Shown here in pieces: positions 31,509 through 44,307 of a stretch of DNA of 64,000 nucleotides (positions within the stretch are counted from its first letter, which is position 1; each line of letters opens with the position of its first letter). A program made the translations under genes and the position numbers. The notes under the pieces were generated by a model that worked only from the letters and a program-made list of their open reading frames with translations, did not search any database and was not told the DNA's origin. The stretch lies in the NCBI RefSeq assembly GCF_055900595.2, contig NZ_CM148325.1; one strand, 5' to 3'.

Positions 31509-32881
31509 CCTTGTGGGTCCTTACGCGTAATATTGACCGGAAGCCAGAGGGTGAACGTTGCACCTTTCCCCTCCTGGCTTACGACCTGAATTGTACCACC
31601 GTGTTGTTCAACAATATTATGCACAACCGCCAGCCCCAGTCCGGTGCCTTCGGCTTTGGTGGTGAAGTACGGGGTGAAGATGGCTTCAAGCTGATCCGCC
31701 GCAATTCCCTTACCGCTGTCGGTTACGCTTATTTTAACGCCTGCGCTGCTTTCGCTGGCCGTCACGCTAATCACGCCATGCTGACCAATCGCCTGAATAG
31801 CATTGAGATAGAGATTCAACAGGACCTGAGTCAGTCGGTCGGGATCGGCCTGTATCTCCGGCAATGCGTCGTTGGCGGTAAAGCGTAATTGGATCTCCCT
31901 ACTGTTTGCATCCTGGCTTACCAGTTGTAATGAGTGGTTAATCAGCGTGTTGAGATCCACCACCTGCAAAGCCAGATGCGTTGGCTTAACCAGCTCCAGC
32001 AGCTCGCTTACCACGCGGTTTAAACGGTCGGCTTCTTTCGCCATCACCTGCGCCAATTGATGTGCTTCTCCTCCTGCTGGTGCGCGTTCGGCAAAATATT
32101 TCGCCAGCCCTTTAATCGAGGAAAGAGGGTTACGGATTTCATGGGCGACGCCTGCGGCCAGATGTCCCAGCGCCACCAGCTTCTCTTTGCGCTTCATTTC
32201 ATCCTGTAACAGCTGGCGCGAGCGAAGATAGCGGCGATACCAGAAGAATGACAACACGCTTGCCAGCAAGACCGTCGCCAGGGCGAAGAGGATAATCAGG
32301 GTGTTTCTCTGCTCACGCTCTTCGGCACTCACAATGTTACTGGCGTCGAAAGCGATAAAAATTGCTTGTGGTGTCGTGGCATACTGCTGCATATGGCGCA
32401 TCCGGTGCATTCCAGCAGCAAACATCGGTTGAAACTGGCGATAAATTTCCAGAACAGGCTCGCCGTCTGCGCTATCGATCCGCCGCCACGCTTCTTCGTC
32501 TCCCGGATGTAACTGCTGCATTTCCTGCGGGGAATAAAGCTGTTTTCCCACCATGCCGGAGTTGCTATGCATCACGATTGTTCCTTGTTCATCCGTGACC
32601 GCAAACCAACGCACTCCTGGCTGCCCAGCCATTTCTTCCAGTAAAGCCTGCTGCTGCGCATGATGCATGCGCATCCCCATACCGACGCGCGAGCCGGATT
32701 CGAGAGCGCGGATAAGTACACTGCCTTTTTCCAGCAGAGTTTGTCTGGCGGCGGCAGTCTCGCGCCCATAATCGCGAATCACGGTCACCGCAAACAACCC
32801 CACCAGTCCAACAATGACTACGGGAAGGATCGCGCTTAACCATTTTGCTAAGGCATCTTTTGATCGCTGCATAAAACGCAT
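31505..32881 (-). CDS. zraS: sensor histidine kinase ZraS (HydH)
   Basis: Two transmembrane segments, H-box (HEIRNPL) and HATPase_c domain; start codon uncertain, an upstream non-ATG start is possible. Confidence 0.88.
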   Translation of the reverse strand: MRFMQRSKDALAKWLSAILPVVIVGLVGLFAVTVIRDYGRETAAARQTLLEKGSVLIRALESGSRVGMGMRMHHAQQQALLEEMAGQPGVRWFAVTDEQGTIVMHSNSGMVGKQLYSPQEMQQLHPGDEEAWRRIDSADGEPVLEIYRQFQPMFAAGMHRMRHMQQYATTPQAIFIAFDASNIVSAEEREQRNTLIILFALATVLLASVLSFFWYRRYLRSRQLLQDEMKRKEKLVALGHLAAGVAHEIRNPLSSIKGLAKYFAERAPAGGEAHQLAQVMAKEADRLNRVVSELLELVKPTHLALQVVDLNTLINHSLQLVSQDANSREIQLRFTANDALPEIQADPDRLTQVLLNLYLNAIQAIGQHGVISVTASESSAGVKISVTDSGKGIAADQLEAIFTPYFTTKAEGTGLGLAVVHNIVEQHGGTIQVVSQEGKGATFTLWLPVNITRKDPQG

Positions 32882-32908
32882 CTTCTTCTTTGCCTGTTCA
32901 TCCCTTTT

Positions 32909-32928
32909 TGACAGCAGAAATCATGCCA
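32909..32928 (-). promoter_or_regulatory. sigma-54 (-24/-12) promoter of zraSR
   Basis: TGGCATGATTTCTGCTG on the minus strand with correct GG-N10-GC spacing. Confidence 0.55.
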
Positions 32929-33067
32929 TCTTTTATTAGCACTTACCCTGCGCTTTAACACAAAGGCTTAAGTTTCAATGAGTAAAAATGACTCGCTACA
33001 CACAGCAGGCGAGTCATTTTTACTCGTTTATCATGTCATATTGCCCGTCATATCAGCGTTTCGCCGT

Positions 33068-33083
33068 TGGCACGAAAGATGCA
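33068..33083 (+). promoter_or_regulatory. sigma-54 (-24/-12) promoter of zraP
   Basis: TGGCACGAAAGATGCA with correct GG-N10-GC spacing, about 40 bp upstream of the zraP ATG. Confidence 0.6.
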
Positions 33084-33118
33084 ATACCCAAAGTAAGACA
33101 ACCACTGGAGGATTAACC

Positions 33119-33538
33119 ATGAAACGGAACACGAAAATTGCCCTGGTGATGATGGCGCTTTCAGCAATGGCGATGGGATCGACATCTGTATTTGCTCACG
33201 GCGGACACGGTATGTGGCAGCAAAATGCCGTGCCTTTGACCAGCGAACAACAGACAGCGTGGCAGAAAATCCATAATGACTTTTACGCTCAAAGCAGCGC
33301 ACTGCAACAGCAACTGGTGACGAAGCGTTATGAATACAATGCCCTGTTAGCCGCGAACCCACCGGATAGCAGCAAAATTAACGCGGTCGCCATAGAGATG
33401 GAGAATTTGCGTCAGTCGTTAGATGAGTTACGGGTGAAACGAGATATTGCGATGGCTGAAGCGGGTATTCCGCGCGGTACCGGAATGGGTTACGGCGGCT
33501 GCGGTGGTGGCGGTCATATGGGTATGGGCCACTGGTAA
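33119..33538 (+). CDS. zraP: periplasmic zinc-responsive chaperone ZraP
   Basis: Signal peptide MKRNTKIALVMMALSAMAMGSTSVFA, His/Gly-rich C-terminus; divergent from zraSR. Confidence 0.85.
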   Translation: MKRNTKIALVMMALSAMAMGSTSVFAHGGHGMWQQNAVPLTSEQQTAWQKIHNDFYAQSSALQQQLVTKRYEYNALLAANPPDSSKINAVAIEMENLRQSLDELRVKRDIAMAEAGIPRGTGMGYGGCGGGGHMGMGHW

Positions 33539-33539
33539 A

Positions 33540-34241
33540 TCAGAACGTTTTCTCGTTGGGTTGCCAGCGACAGAAATCAGAGTTTGCCACTAACAGTAAT
33601 TGCGAACCTTCGGGCGCTTCCAGCCATGCCACGCTGACATCAACAGAAGAGCGGCTCTGGCGGCGCTCGATATGCGCTATCGCCTGCGAATCTAAATCAG
33701 GTTTAATGGTTTGCCCTTCGCAGGTGGTCACGGTCTGTTCCATCGCATGCCAGCGCCCCTGGCGCAGCACGACTCTCCCCTGACGTAAGGCATCGCTAAT
33801 CTGGCGGATCTGATCAGCACGATAACGGTATAAATCGATTTGGTCGTTAGAAAGCTGCTGCTTTTCCCCATCGGATTCACGTTGCATAAAGCTCAGATCG
33901 CCGCGATCGTCAAAACGCGCGCGAATATTCACCGGCGGTTTGCTGTAAACATTGATATTGATAAGCGTGAGGTTATCGCCCTGCCAGCGATACTCTCGCG
34001 TCGTGGTATCGCCACTGCGCCACGGGCTAAACACAGCAAGCAGATGCACATTATTGCCACTGTCTTTTCGCCAGATACGTACCGCGCCCTGATCTTCAGC
34101 AAATCCACTGGCGGTAAAGGGAGGAAGTGAAGAGTTGTGACTACAGGCAGTGAGAAACAGAGCGCCCGCCAGCATCAATGATCGACGCCAGAAAGACAAA
34201 AGGGGTGAAACCACCCCTTCGTTAAAACTGTTCACTGCCAC
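33540..34241 (-). CDS. yjaH: predicted lipoprotein YjaH (DUF1481)
   Basis: ORF with lipobox-like LFLTAC near the N-terminus; synteny; exact start uncertain. Confidence 0.7.
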   Translation of the reverse strand: MAVNSFNEGVVSPLLSFWRRSLMLAGALFLTACSHNSSLPPFTASGFAEDQGAVRIWRKDSGNNVHLLAVFSPWRSGDTTTREYRWQGDNLTLININVYSKPPVNIRARFDDRGDLSFMQRESDGEKQQLSNDQIDLYRYRADQIRQISDALRQGRVVLRQGRWHAMEQTVTTCEGQTIKPDLDSQAIAHIERRQSRSSVDVSVAWLEAPEGSQLLLVANSDFCRWQPNEKTF

Positions 34242-34247
34242 GCAATC

Positions 34248-34520
34248 TTACTTAACTGCGTCTTTCAGTGCCTTGCCAGAAACAAATGCCGGCACGTTAG
34301 CTGCGGCAATTTTGATTTCTTTACCGGTCTGCGGGTTGCGGCCAGTACGCTCAGCGCGGTGGTTCACTTTGAAGGTACCGAAACCAACCAGTTGTACAGC
34401 ATCGCCTTCTTTCAGAGACTCAGTAATTGCAGCCAGAGTGGACTCCAGAGCAGCTTTAGCCTGGGTTTTGGACAGTTCTGCTTTCTCTGCAATTACATCA
34501 ATCAGTTGAGTCTTGTTCAT
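34248..34520 (-). CDS. hupA: nucleoid protein HU alpha subunit
   Basis: 90-aa [31 protein letters not shown]... Confidence 0.97.
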
Positions 34521-34706
34521 AAGTTATCCTTACAATGTGTTTATCGCTTGCTAAGCATCGAGTGCGACGGAAATGCCAGAATAGCACTCTCCTGCATACA
34601 CGCACCGATAGCCACTTTTTTTCGCCCCCCAAATGTAGACCAGACGGGGGGCGAAAGGGAAGACTCCAGGTATGACAAATCAGGCGTTAAATCACGTTTT
34701 CTGGTC

Positions 34707-35297
34707 TTATTGCTGAAAAATTATACCAATATTGCTCTCGCCCGCCTCACGCAGGTCTGCCCTAAGGCCTTTTATCAGCTCGATATCGCGTTCTTCGCAC
34801 TCAGCTAAAAGTCGGAATATTTCCCACTGAATGTCCCACTCTTGCTCTACAGCTGGGTTTTCTTTGAGCTCTTCATCGCTCATTTCACGGCCAGCCTGAG
34901 TCATTTCCAGCATCGCCACGGTCGTGATGGAGGTCTTACTCACTTCTACCGCGTGTTCGAGCGTTTCGCCACTTAAACGCGAATGGACCAGTTCACTTAA
35001 CGCCACGCAAGCATCGATTGCCGGATAAACGCCGTACAGATCGAAATCGTCGGCTGAAGGAATCGCTTCTTCAAATTTCTCCAGTTGGCTGTCGAAATTT
35101 ACTTTTGCGTCTTTGACGGTCAGCGTTTCCCAGATGAGATCGAGAATACGGCGGTAAATTTGCCCATCACCAAAACCAGTTTGCTGACAGAACATGGCGT
35201 AATTAGGGTACATGCGTTCGCATAAGCAGGCCATAAAAGTGACGTGCTGCCAGCTTTCCAGGCGCTCCAGACGCAGATGAATTGGGTTTTGTAACAT
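34707..35297 (-). CDS. yjaG: DUF416-family protein YjaG
   Basis: 196-aa ORF; synteny. Confidence 0.75.
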   Translation of the reverse strand: MLQNPIHLRLERLESWQHVTFMACLCERMYPNYAMFCQQTGFGDGQIYRRILDLIWETLTVKDAKVNFDSQLEKFEEAIPSADDFDLYGVYPAIDACVALSELVHSRLSGETLEHAVEVSKTSITTVAMLEMTQAGREMSDEELKENPAVEQEWDIQWEIFRLLAECEERDIELIKGLRADLREAGESNIGIIFQQ

Positions 35298-35339
35298 GTT
35301 GAGTTCTCAAATACGGAAATTATCCGCAGTTTACCTGAA

Positions 35340-36011
35340 TTAGGGCTGATTTGCTGTATAGCGCACGAACGCCGGACGTTCCGAGGCCACCGCGTCTGCC
35401 CAGCGCGTTGGCTCCGGCAGACGATAGCCTTTCATGCAGCGTTGTACCCACGCCAGCGCGCTGTCCACGCTGACCCGATGACCGGTAGCGATAAATAGCG
35501 GGTTACAGCGCGCTTTGCTGCGCCAGACCCATGCCAGCTGCTCGCCTTTATCCATCAGTGGGGCCAGCGCGCCCGGTTCGCTGGAGAGCGGTTCGAATTT
35601 ACCGCAGAGCCGTTTTTTCGCTACGCCAATGGTCGGCACATCCACCAGCAAACCAAAGTGGCTGGCGACGCCAAGACGGCGAGGATGCGAGATCCCATGA
35701 CCATCGACAAACACTAAATCGGGCTTTTGCGACAGCATCTCCCACGCTGCCAGCAGCGCAGGATATTCGCGGAAGGAAAGAAAACCTGGAATGTAAGGCA
35801 TGGTGGTGGCGATGCGTGCCACTTTATACTCCACCAGCTCAAGAGAGGGGTATTTCAGCAGCACCATCGCCGCTCGCGTCACATCTCCGCCTTGCTCAAA
35901 CCCGACATCGGCTCCGGCGATCAGATCCGGCGGATCTTTATCAAGTCGATCCTCACGGATCACAGAAGAAGCCAGTTCGATTTGTTGAGCGCGTAATGAC
36001 GCGAGATCCAT
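35340..36011 (-). CDS. nfi: endonuclease V (deoxyinosine 3' endonuclease)
   Basis: 223-aa product [17 protein letters not shown]... (ORF-track start trimmed by 2 codons). Confidence 0.9.
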   Translation of the reverse strand: MDLASLRAQQIELASSVIREDRLDKDPPDLIAGADVGFEQGGDVTRAAMVLLKYPSLELVEYKVARIATTMPYIPGFLSFREYPALLAAWEMLSQKPDLVFVDGHGISHPRRLGVASHFGLLVDVPTIGVAKKRLCGKFEPLSSEPGALAPLMDKGEQLAWVWRSKARCNPLFIATGHRVSVDSALAWVQRCMKGYRLPEPTRWADAVASERPAFVRYTANQP

Positions 36012-36020
36012 AATCACTCC

Positions 36021-37085
36021 TTAGCGGTGATACTGTTCAGACAGGCGATGCACAGCCTCCACAAACACGCCAGCATGTTCTGGCGGCACATCCTGATGAA
36101 TGCCGTGACCAAGGTTAAATACATGACCTTCGCCGTGACCGAAACCTGCAAGTATAGTCGCGACTTCTTCTTCAATGCGGGCAGGTGGCGCGTACAGCAT
36201 CGACGGATCCATATTACCCTGCAGCGCGACTTTATTGCCCACGCGGCGGCGCGCATCGGCGATATCCGTTGTCCAGTCGAGGCCCAGCGCATCGCAACCC
36301 GTTTCCGCCATAGCTTCCAGCCACTGTCCACCGCCTTTGGTAAACAGGGTGACCGGTACACGGCGACCGTCGTTTTCACGCAGTAAACCATCAACTATTT
36401 TATGCATGTAATAGAGCGAGAACTGTTGATAATCGCGCCCGGTGAGCACGCCGCCCCAGGTATCGAAGATCATCACGGCCTGAGCACCAGCTTTAATTTG
36501 CGCATTCAGATACAAAGTGACGCTTTTCGCCAGTTTATCGAGCAGAGCGTGCAGCGCCTGTGGATCGGCATACATCATCTTTTTGATCACGGTGAACGCT
36601 TTGCTGCTGCCACCTTCCACCATATAGGTCGCCAGCGTCCACGGGCTGCCGGAAAAACCAATCAGCGGCACTTCGCCTTTCAGTTCGCGGCGAATAGTAC
36701 GCACCGCGTTCATCACATAACCCAGCTCATCTTCCGGGTCCGGAATTGGCAGTTTATCAACGTCAGCTTTGCAGGTGACTGGCGAGGTAAAACGCGGACC
36801 TTCTCCGGCTTCAAAATAGAGCCCTAACCCCATCGCGTCCGGCACGGTGAGGATATCGGAAAAGAGGATCGCCGCATCCAGCGGATAGCGACGCAGCGGT
36901 TGCAAAGTCACTTCGCACGCCAGCTCTGCATTTTTGCACAGCGACATAAAATCGCCCGCCTGGGCGCGCGTGGCTTTATATTCCGGTAGATAGCGACCCG
37001 CCTGGCGCATCATCCATACTGGAGTGACATCAACGGGCTGGCGCAGCAGCGCCCGCAGATAACGATCGTTTTTGAGTTCGGTCAT
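36021..37085 (-). CDS. hemE: uroporphyrinogen decarboxylase
   Basis: 354-aa [39 protein letters not shown]... Confidence 0.95.
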   Translation of the reverse strand: MTELKNDRYLRALLRQPVDVTPVWMMRQAGRYLPEYKATRAQAGDFMSLCKNAELACEVTLQPLRRYPLDAAILFSDILTVPDAMGLGLYFEAGEGPRFTSPVTCKADVDKLPIPDPEDELGYVMNAVRTIRRELKGEVPLIGFSGSPWTLATYMVEGGSSKAFTVIKKMMYADPQALHALLDKLAKSVTLYLNAQIKAGAQAVMIFDTWGGVLTGRDYQQFSLYYMHKIVDGLLRENDGRRVPVTLFTKGGGQWLEAMAETGCDALGLDWTTDIADARRRVGNKVALQGNMDPSMLYAPPARIEEEVATILAGFGHGEGHVFNLGHGIHQDVPPEHAGVFVEAVHRLSEQYHR

Positions 37086-37124
37086 TTTGGCTGTTCCTTA
37101 GTGCGTCAGGCGGTCAGTGTATCA

Positions 37125-37898
37125 TCACTCATACTCTGCCCGACACATCGCCACCGTATCTTCTATCAGACGGCGCGCCACGGTGCCGGGCGGCGGAAGT
37201 AACGGTAAATCATCGTAGCGATACCAGTTCGCCTCGAGCAGCTCTTTCGGATCAATCACGATGTCGCCGCTATCATATTCCGCCATAAATGCGGTCATCA
37301 GCGACTGGGGAAACGGCCACGGCTGGGAAGTCACGTACCGCAAGTTTTTAACTTTAATTCCGCTCTCTTCCATCACTTCCCGCGCGACCGCCTGCTCGAG
37401 GGTTTCGCCCACTTCGACGAATCCGGCAAGTACCGTATGGACACCGTTACGATGGCGGGTATGCTGGGCGAGGAGGATCGAATCATCGCGACGGATGGCA
37501 ACAATAATGCAGGGGGCGATTTGCGGGTAGTAACGCTCACGGCAATGGCTGCACAGCATCGCCCATTCGGTTTTGCTCGGATACATTTCATGCCCGCAGT
37601 AACCACAGTATTTATGCGATCGGTAAAACTCCGCCAGTTGCACGCCACGTCCGGCCAGTTGAAACAGCCCAACATCGAGATCAATGACCTGACGTACCGA
37701 CCCCATATCGTGACGCCGCTGCTGTTGTACTAACCAAACAGGTTCCCCCTGCCATTCGCCGATTTGTAGTGCGCGCTGACCCACAAGATCGAAATTTGCC
37801 GCTTCGCCATATGGCAATTCTCCCTTCGGCAACCATAATTTTTGTTCATGGCTGACGACCCACCAGCCGTGATCTAATTTTTCAATTATACGATCCAT
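37125..37898 (-). CDS. nudC: NADH pyrophosphatase (Nudix hydrolase)
   Basis: 257-aa ORF with zinc-ribbon cysteines and Nudix box ([22 protein letters not shown]). Confidence 0.92.
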
Positions 37899-37992
37899 AG
37901 CTCTTGCACTACCTTTGCATCACTGGCATGTTTAACATGGTTTTTACATTTCTCACTGAGCAGTTTTTGAATACAAACTTGCGGAGTCAATC

Positions 37993-38469
37993 ATGCTTAA
38001 CCAGCTCGATAACCTGACGGAGCGCGTCAGAGGAAGTAACAAACTGGTTGATCGCTGGCTACATGTACGTAAGCATCTGCTCGTGGCTTACTACAATCTG
38101 GTTGGCATTAAGCCTGGCAAAGAATCGTACATGAGGCTAAACGAAAAAGCCCTTGATGATTTTTGTCAGAGCCTGGTCGATTACTTGTCTGCCGGACATT
38201 TCAGTATTTATGAGCGCATTCTTCATAAACTGGAAGGCAATGGGCAACTCGCACGCGCCGCGAAGATTTGGCCACAACTCGAAGCCAATACCCAACAGAT
38301 TATGGATTACTACGATTCCAGCCTTGAAACCGCTATCGATCATGATAATTACCTTGAGTTTCAACAAGTTTTATCTGACATCGGCGAGGCCCTGGAAGCG
38401 CGCTTTGTGCTGGAAGATAAGCTGATTCTGCTGGTGCTTGACGCCGCCCGCGTCAAACATCCTGCTTGA
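37993..38469 (+). CDS. rsd: regulator of sigma D (anti-sigma-70 factor Rsd)
   Basis: 158-aa ORF MLNQLDNLTERVRGSNKLVDRWLHVRKHLLVAYYNLVG... Confidence 0.9.
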   Translation: MLNQLDNLTERVRGSNKLVDRWLHVRKHLLVAYYNLVGIKPGKESYMRLNEKALDDFCQSLVDYLSAGHFSIYERILHKLEGNGQLARAAKIWPQLEANTQQIMDYYDSSLETAIDHDNYLEFQQVLSDIGEALEARFVLEDKLILLVLDAARVKHPA

Positions 38470-38524
38470 GTTCTGCGCTGTTAACGCGTAATTTACATTC
38501 AACGCCCCGTTTGCGGGGCTAATT

Positions 38525-38625
38525 TCTTGTCGGAGTGCCTTAACTGGCTGAGACCGTTTATTCGGGATCCGCGGAACCTGATCAGGCTAATACCTGCGAA
38601 GGGAACAAGAGTTAATCTGCTATCG
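38525..38625 (+). promoter_or_regulatory. TPP riboswitch (thi box) in the thiC leader
   Basis: CTGAGA ... ACCTGATCAGGCTAATACCTGCGAAGGGAACAAG conserved thi-box elements upstream of thiC. Confidence 0.65.
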
Positions 38626-38698
38626 CATCGCCTTTGCGGCGATCGTCTCTTGCTTCATCCGTCGTCTGACAAGCCACGTCCTTAACTTTTTGGAATGA

Positions 38699-40596
<1,898 letters not shown>

Positions 40597-40597
<1 letters not shown>

Positions 40598-41232
40598 TGT
40601 ATCAGCCTGATTTTCCTCACGTACCTTTTCGTTTAGGACTGTACCCGGTAGTGGACAGCGTACAGTGGATCGAACGTCTGTTGGATGCAGGCGTGCGTAC
40701 TCTCCAGCTGCGCATCAAAGATCGGCGCGATGAAGAAGTGGAAGCCGATGTCGTGGCAGCAATTGCGCTGGGCCGCCGCTATAACGCACGGCTGTTTATC
40801 AATGATTACTGGCGGCTGGCGATTAAGCATCAGGCGTATGGCGTCCATCTGGGGCAGGAAGATTTGCAAGCCACCGATCTCAGCGCCATCCGCGCGGCAG
40901 GCCTGCGGCTGGGCGTTTCGACTCATGATGACATGGAAATCGACGTCGCGCTGGCAGCACGTCCTTCTTATATCGCGCTAGGACATGTGTTCCCGACCCA
41001 AACCAAACAGATGCCTTCTGCACCGCAGGGGCTGGAACAGCTGGCACGGCACATTGAGCGCCTGGCGGATTATCCCACTGTAGCGATTGGCGGTATCAGC
41101 CTGCCGCGCGCACCTGCGGTGATGGCGACAGGTGTTGGCAGTATCGCCGTCGTCAGTGCCATTACCCAGGCCGCAGACTGGCGTTTGGCAACGGAACAGT
41201 TGCTGGAAATTGCAGGAGTTGGCGATGAATGA
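40597..41232 (+). CDS. thiE: thiamine-phosphate synthase
   Basis: 211-aa product [21 protein letters not shown]...; start overlaps the thiC stop. Confidence 0.92.
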
Positions 41233-41980
41233 CCGTGATTTTATGCGTTATAGCCGTCAAATCCTGCTCGACGATATTGCTCTTGACGGGCAACAAAAAC
41301 TGCTCGACAGCCAGGTGCTGATTATCGGTCTGGGTGGGTTGGGTACACCTGCTGCGCTATACCTGGCGGGAGCTGGTGTCGGGACGCTGGTACTGGCAGA
41401 TGACGACGATGTGCATTTGAGCAATCTGCAACGACAAATCCTCTTTACCACTGAAGATATCGATCGCCCGAAATCGCAGGTCAGCCAACAGCGACTGACA
41501 CAGTTAAATCCCGACATTCAACTGACAGCATTACAACAACGGTTAACGGGTGAGGCGTTAAAAGATGCGGTAGCACGGGCCGATGTGGTGCTCGACTGTA
41601 CCGACAACATGGCGACTCGCCAGGAGATTAATGCCGCCTGCGTAGCACTTAACACACCGCTTATCACCGCCAGCGCGGTCGGATTTGGTGGTCAGTTGAT
41701 GGTGCTGACACCGCCCTGGGAACAGGGGTGTTACCGCTGCCTGTGGCCGGATAACCAGGAGCCTGAACGCAACTGCCGCACGGCAGGCGTGGTTGGCCCG
41801 GTGGTCGGGGTCATGGGCACGTTACAGGCACTGGAAGCAATTAAGCTATTGAGTGGTATAGAGACCCCTGCGGGATATCTTCGACTGTTTGACGGTAAAT
41901 TAAACCAATGGCGCAACCTGGCGTTGCGCCGCGCCAGCAGTTGCCCGGTATGCGGAGGAAGCAATGCAGATCCTGTTTAA
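41225..41980 (+). CDS. thiF: ThiS adenylyltransferase (E1-like)
   Basis: [26 protein letters not shown]..., GLGGLG nucleotide-binding motif, C-terminal CxxC. Confidence 0.9.
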   Translation: MNDRDFMRYSRQILLDDIALDGQQKLLDSQVLIIGLGGLGTPAALYLAGAGVGTLVLADDDDVHLSNLQRQILFTTEDIDRPKSQVSQQRLTQLNPDIQLTALQQRLTGEALKDAVARADVVLDCTDNMATRQEINAACVALNTPLITASAVGFGGQLMVLTPPWEQGCYRCLWPDNQEPERNCRTAGVVGPVVGVMGTLQALEAIKLLSGIETPAGYLRLFDGKLNQWRNLALRRASSCPVCGGSNADPV

Positions 41981-42164
41981 CGATCAACCGATGCAGTGCG
42001 TCGCCGGACTAACTGTTCACGAACTGCTGGAGCAACTCGATCAACAACAAGCAGGTGCGGCACTGGCGATTAATCAGCAAATCGTCCCGCGGGAACAATG
42101 GGCGCAACATATCGTGCAGGATGGCGACCAGATCCTGCTTTTTCAGGTTATTGCAGGGGGTTGA
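41964..42164 (+). CDS. thiS: sulfur-carrier protein ThiS
   Basis: 66-aa ORF ending in GG (…FQVIAGG). Confidence 0.9.
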   Translation: MQILFNDQPMQCVAGLTVHELLEQLDQQQAGAALAINQQIVPREQWAQHIVQDGDQILLFQVIAGG

Positions 42165-42165
42165 G

Positions 42166-42936
42166 ATGTTACATATTGCGGACAAAACGTTTGATTCACA
42201 TCTGTTTACTGGCACCGGAAAATTCGCCTCTTCACAACTGATGGTGGAGTCTATTCGCGCTTCCGGCAGCCAACTGGTGACGCTGGCGATGAAACGTGTC
42301 GACTTGCGCCAGCACAACGACGCTATCCTCGAACCGCTTATCGCGGCGGGTGTGACCCTGCTGCCGAATACTTCCGGGGCGAAAACCGCGGAAGAAGCCA
42401 TTTTCGCCGCCCATCTGGCACGTGAAGCGTTAGGCACAAACTGGCTAAAATTAGAGATTCACCCTGACGCCCGCTGGCTGTTGCCCGATCCCATCGAAAC
42501 CCTGAAAGCCGCAGAAATGTTGGTGCAACAGGGATTTGTCGTGCTGCCTTACTGCGGTGCCGATCCAGTGTTGTGCAAACGTCTGGAGGAAGTGGGCTGT
42601 GCAGCAGTAATGCCGCTTGGCGCACCAATTGGCTCTAATCAAGGACTGGAAACCCGCGCCATGCTGGAGATTATTATCCAGCAAGCCACGGTTCCGGTGG
42701 TCGTTGATGCTGGCATTGGCGTTCCCAGCCATGCCGCGCAGGCGCTTGAAATGGGAGCCGATGCGGTGTTAGTGAATACGGCGATTGCCGTCGCTGACGA
42801 TCCCGTCAACATGGCGAAGGCATTTCGTCTGGCGGTAGACGCCGGCCTGCTGGCACGTCAGTCCGGGCCGGGCAGTCGCAGTCATTTTGCTCATGCCACT
42901 AGCCCGCTGACCGGATTTCTGGAGGCATCGGCATGA
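42166..42936 (+). CDS. thiG: thiazole synthase
   Basis: 256-aa product [20 protein letters not shown]... (ORF-track start trimmed by 37 codons). Confidence 0.92.
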   Translation: MLHIADKTFDSHLFTGTGKFASSQLMVESIRASGSQLVTLAMKRVDLRQHNDAILEPLIAAGVTLLPNTSGAKTAEEAIFAAHLAREALGTNWLKLEIHPDARWLLPDPIETLKAAEMLVQQGFVVLPYCGADPVLCKRLEEVGCAAVMPLGAPIGSNQGLETRAMLEIIIQQATVPVVVDAGIGVPSHAAQALEMGADAVLVNTAIAVADDPVNMAKAFRLAVDAGLLARQSGPGSRSHFAHATSPLTGFLEASA

Positions 42937-44066
42937 AAACCTTCAGCGATCGCTGGCGACAACTGGACTGGGACGACATCCGCCTGCGAATCAACAGCAA
43001 AACGGCAGCTGACGTAGAGCGGGCACTCAATGTTTCGCAACTCACTCGCGACGATATGATGGCATTGCTATCACCTGCCGCCGGTGAATACCTGGAACCA
43101 CTGGCTCAACGGGCGCAGCGCCTGACCCGCCAGCGATTTGGCAACATCGTCAGCTTCTACGTCCCGCTTTATCTCTCTAATCTTTGCGCTAACGACTGCA
43201 CTTACTGCGGATTTTCCATGAGCAATCGCATCAAGCGTAAAACGCTGGATGAAGCGGATATCGCCAGGGAAAGCGCCGCTATCCGGGAGATGGGCTTTGA
43301 ACATCTATTGCTGGTCACTGGTGAACATCAGGCGAAAGTGGGGATGGATTACTTTCGTCGTCATCTCCCTGTCCTGCGTGAACAGTTCTCTTCACTACAG
43401 ATGGAAGTACAGCCACTGGCGGAAGCGGAATACGCCGAGTTAAAGCAACTTGGTCTGGATGGGGTGATGGTTTATCAGGAGACATATCACGAGGCGACAT
43501 ACGCCCACCATCATCTGAAAGGGAAAAAACAGGACTTCTTCTGGCGGCTGGAAACGCCGGATCGGCTGGGCCGTGCGGGGATAGATAAGATAGGCCTCGG
43601 CGCGCTAATCGGCCTTTCCGACAGCTGGCGCGTTGACTGCTATATGGTTGCCGAACATTTGCTATGGCTGCAACAACATTACTGGCAAAGCCGTTACTCT
43701 GTCTCCTTCCCGCGCCTGCGCCCGTGTACTGGCGGGATTGAGCCAGCGTCGATTATGGATGAACGCCAGTTAGTACAAACTATCTGCGCCTTCCGCCTAC
43801 TTGCGCCGGAGATTGAACTGTCACTCTCCACGCGGGAATCACCGTGGTTTCGCGATCGCGTTATTCCGCTGGCGATCAATAACGTCAGCGCCTTCTCGAA
43901 AACGCAACCAGGTGGTTATGCCGACAATCATCCCGAGCTGGAACAGTTCTCACCGCACGACGATCGCAGACCAGAAGCGGTGGCCGCCGCGTTAACCGCT
44001 CAGGGTTTGCAGCCGGTGTGGAAAGACTGGGACAGCTATCTGGGACGCGCCTCGCAAAGGACATGA
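42933..44066 (+). CDS. thiH: 2-iminoacetate synthase (radical SAM tyrosine lyase)
   Basis: 377-aa ORF with CxxxCxxC ([10 protein letters not shown]). Confidence 0.92.
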   Translation: MKTFSDRWRQLDWDDIRLRINSKTAADVERALNVSQLTRDDMMALLSPAAGEYLEPLAQRAQRLTRQRFGNIVSFYVPLYLSNLCANDCTYCGFSMSNRIKRKTLDEADIARESAAIREMGFEHLLLVTGEHQAKVGMDYFRRHLPVLREQFSSLQMEVQPLAEAEYAELKQLGLDGVMVYQETYHEATYAHHHLKGKKQDFFWRLETPDRLGRAGIDKIGLGALIGLSDSWRVDCYMVAEHLLWLQQHYWQSRYSVSFPRLRPCTGGIEPASIMDERQLVQTICAFRLLAPEIELSLSTRESPWFRDRVIPLAINNVSAFSKTQPGGYADNHPELEQFSPHDDRRPEAVAAALTAQGLQPVWKDWDSYLGRASQRT

Positions 44067-44116
44067 GACAAAATGTAAGAACGTAAATTTATTCCGAGCA
44101 GCTACGGAAGATGAAA

Positions 44117-44152
44117 AACGCAAGGTTGTTGAAAGCGTTGCGTTTTTTTATG
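44117..44152 (+). terminator. likely Rho-independent terminator of the thi operon
   Basis: ACGCAAGG...AAAGCGTTGCGT hairpin followed by TTTTTTT; coordinates within about 2 bp. Confidence 0.55.
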
Positions 44153-44261
44153 TTAGTACCGTCAGCAGGAATGTTGTCCAGGGCGAAAAGCTTCTTCCTC
44201 GTTTCGCCCTGCCTTTCTTAATATTTCCCATGAAGAATTTGCCCTCTGAATAACACCCATA

Positions 44262-44290
44262 AAAAAACCCGCCGAAGCGGGTTTTTACGT
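44262..44290 (-). terminator. rpoBC operon terminator
   Basis: AAAAACCCGCTTCGGCGGGTTTTTTT hairpin plus U-run on the minus strand just after the rpoC stop; coordinates within about 2 bp. Confidence 0.65.
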
Positions 44291-44307
44291 TATTTGCGGA
44301 TTAACGA

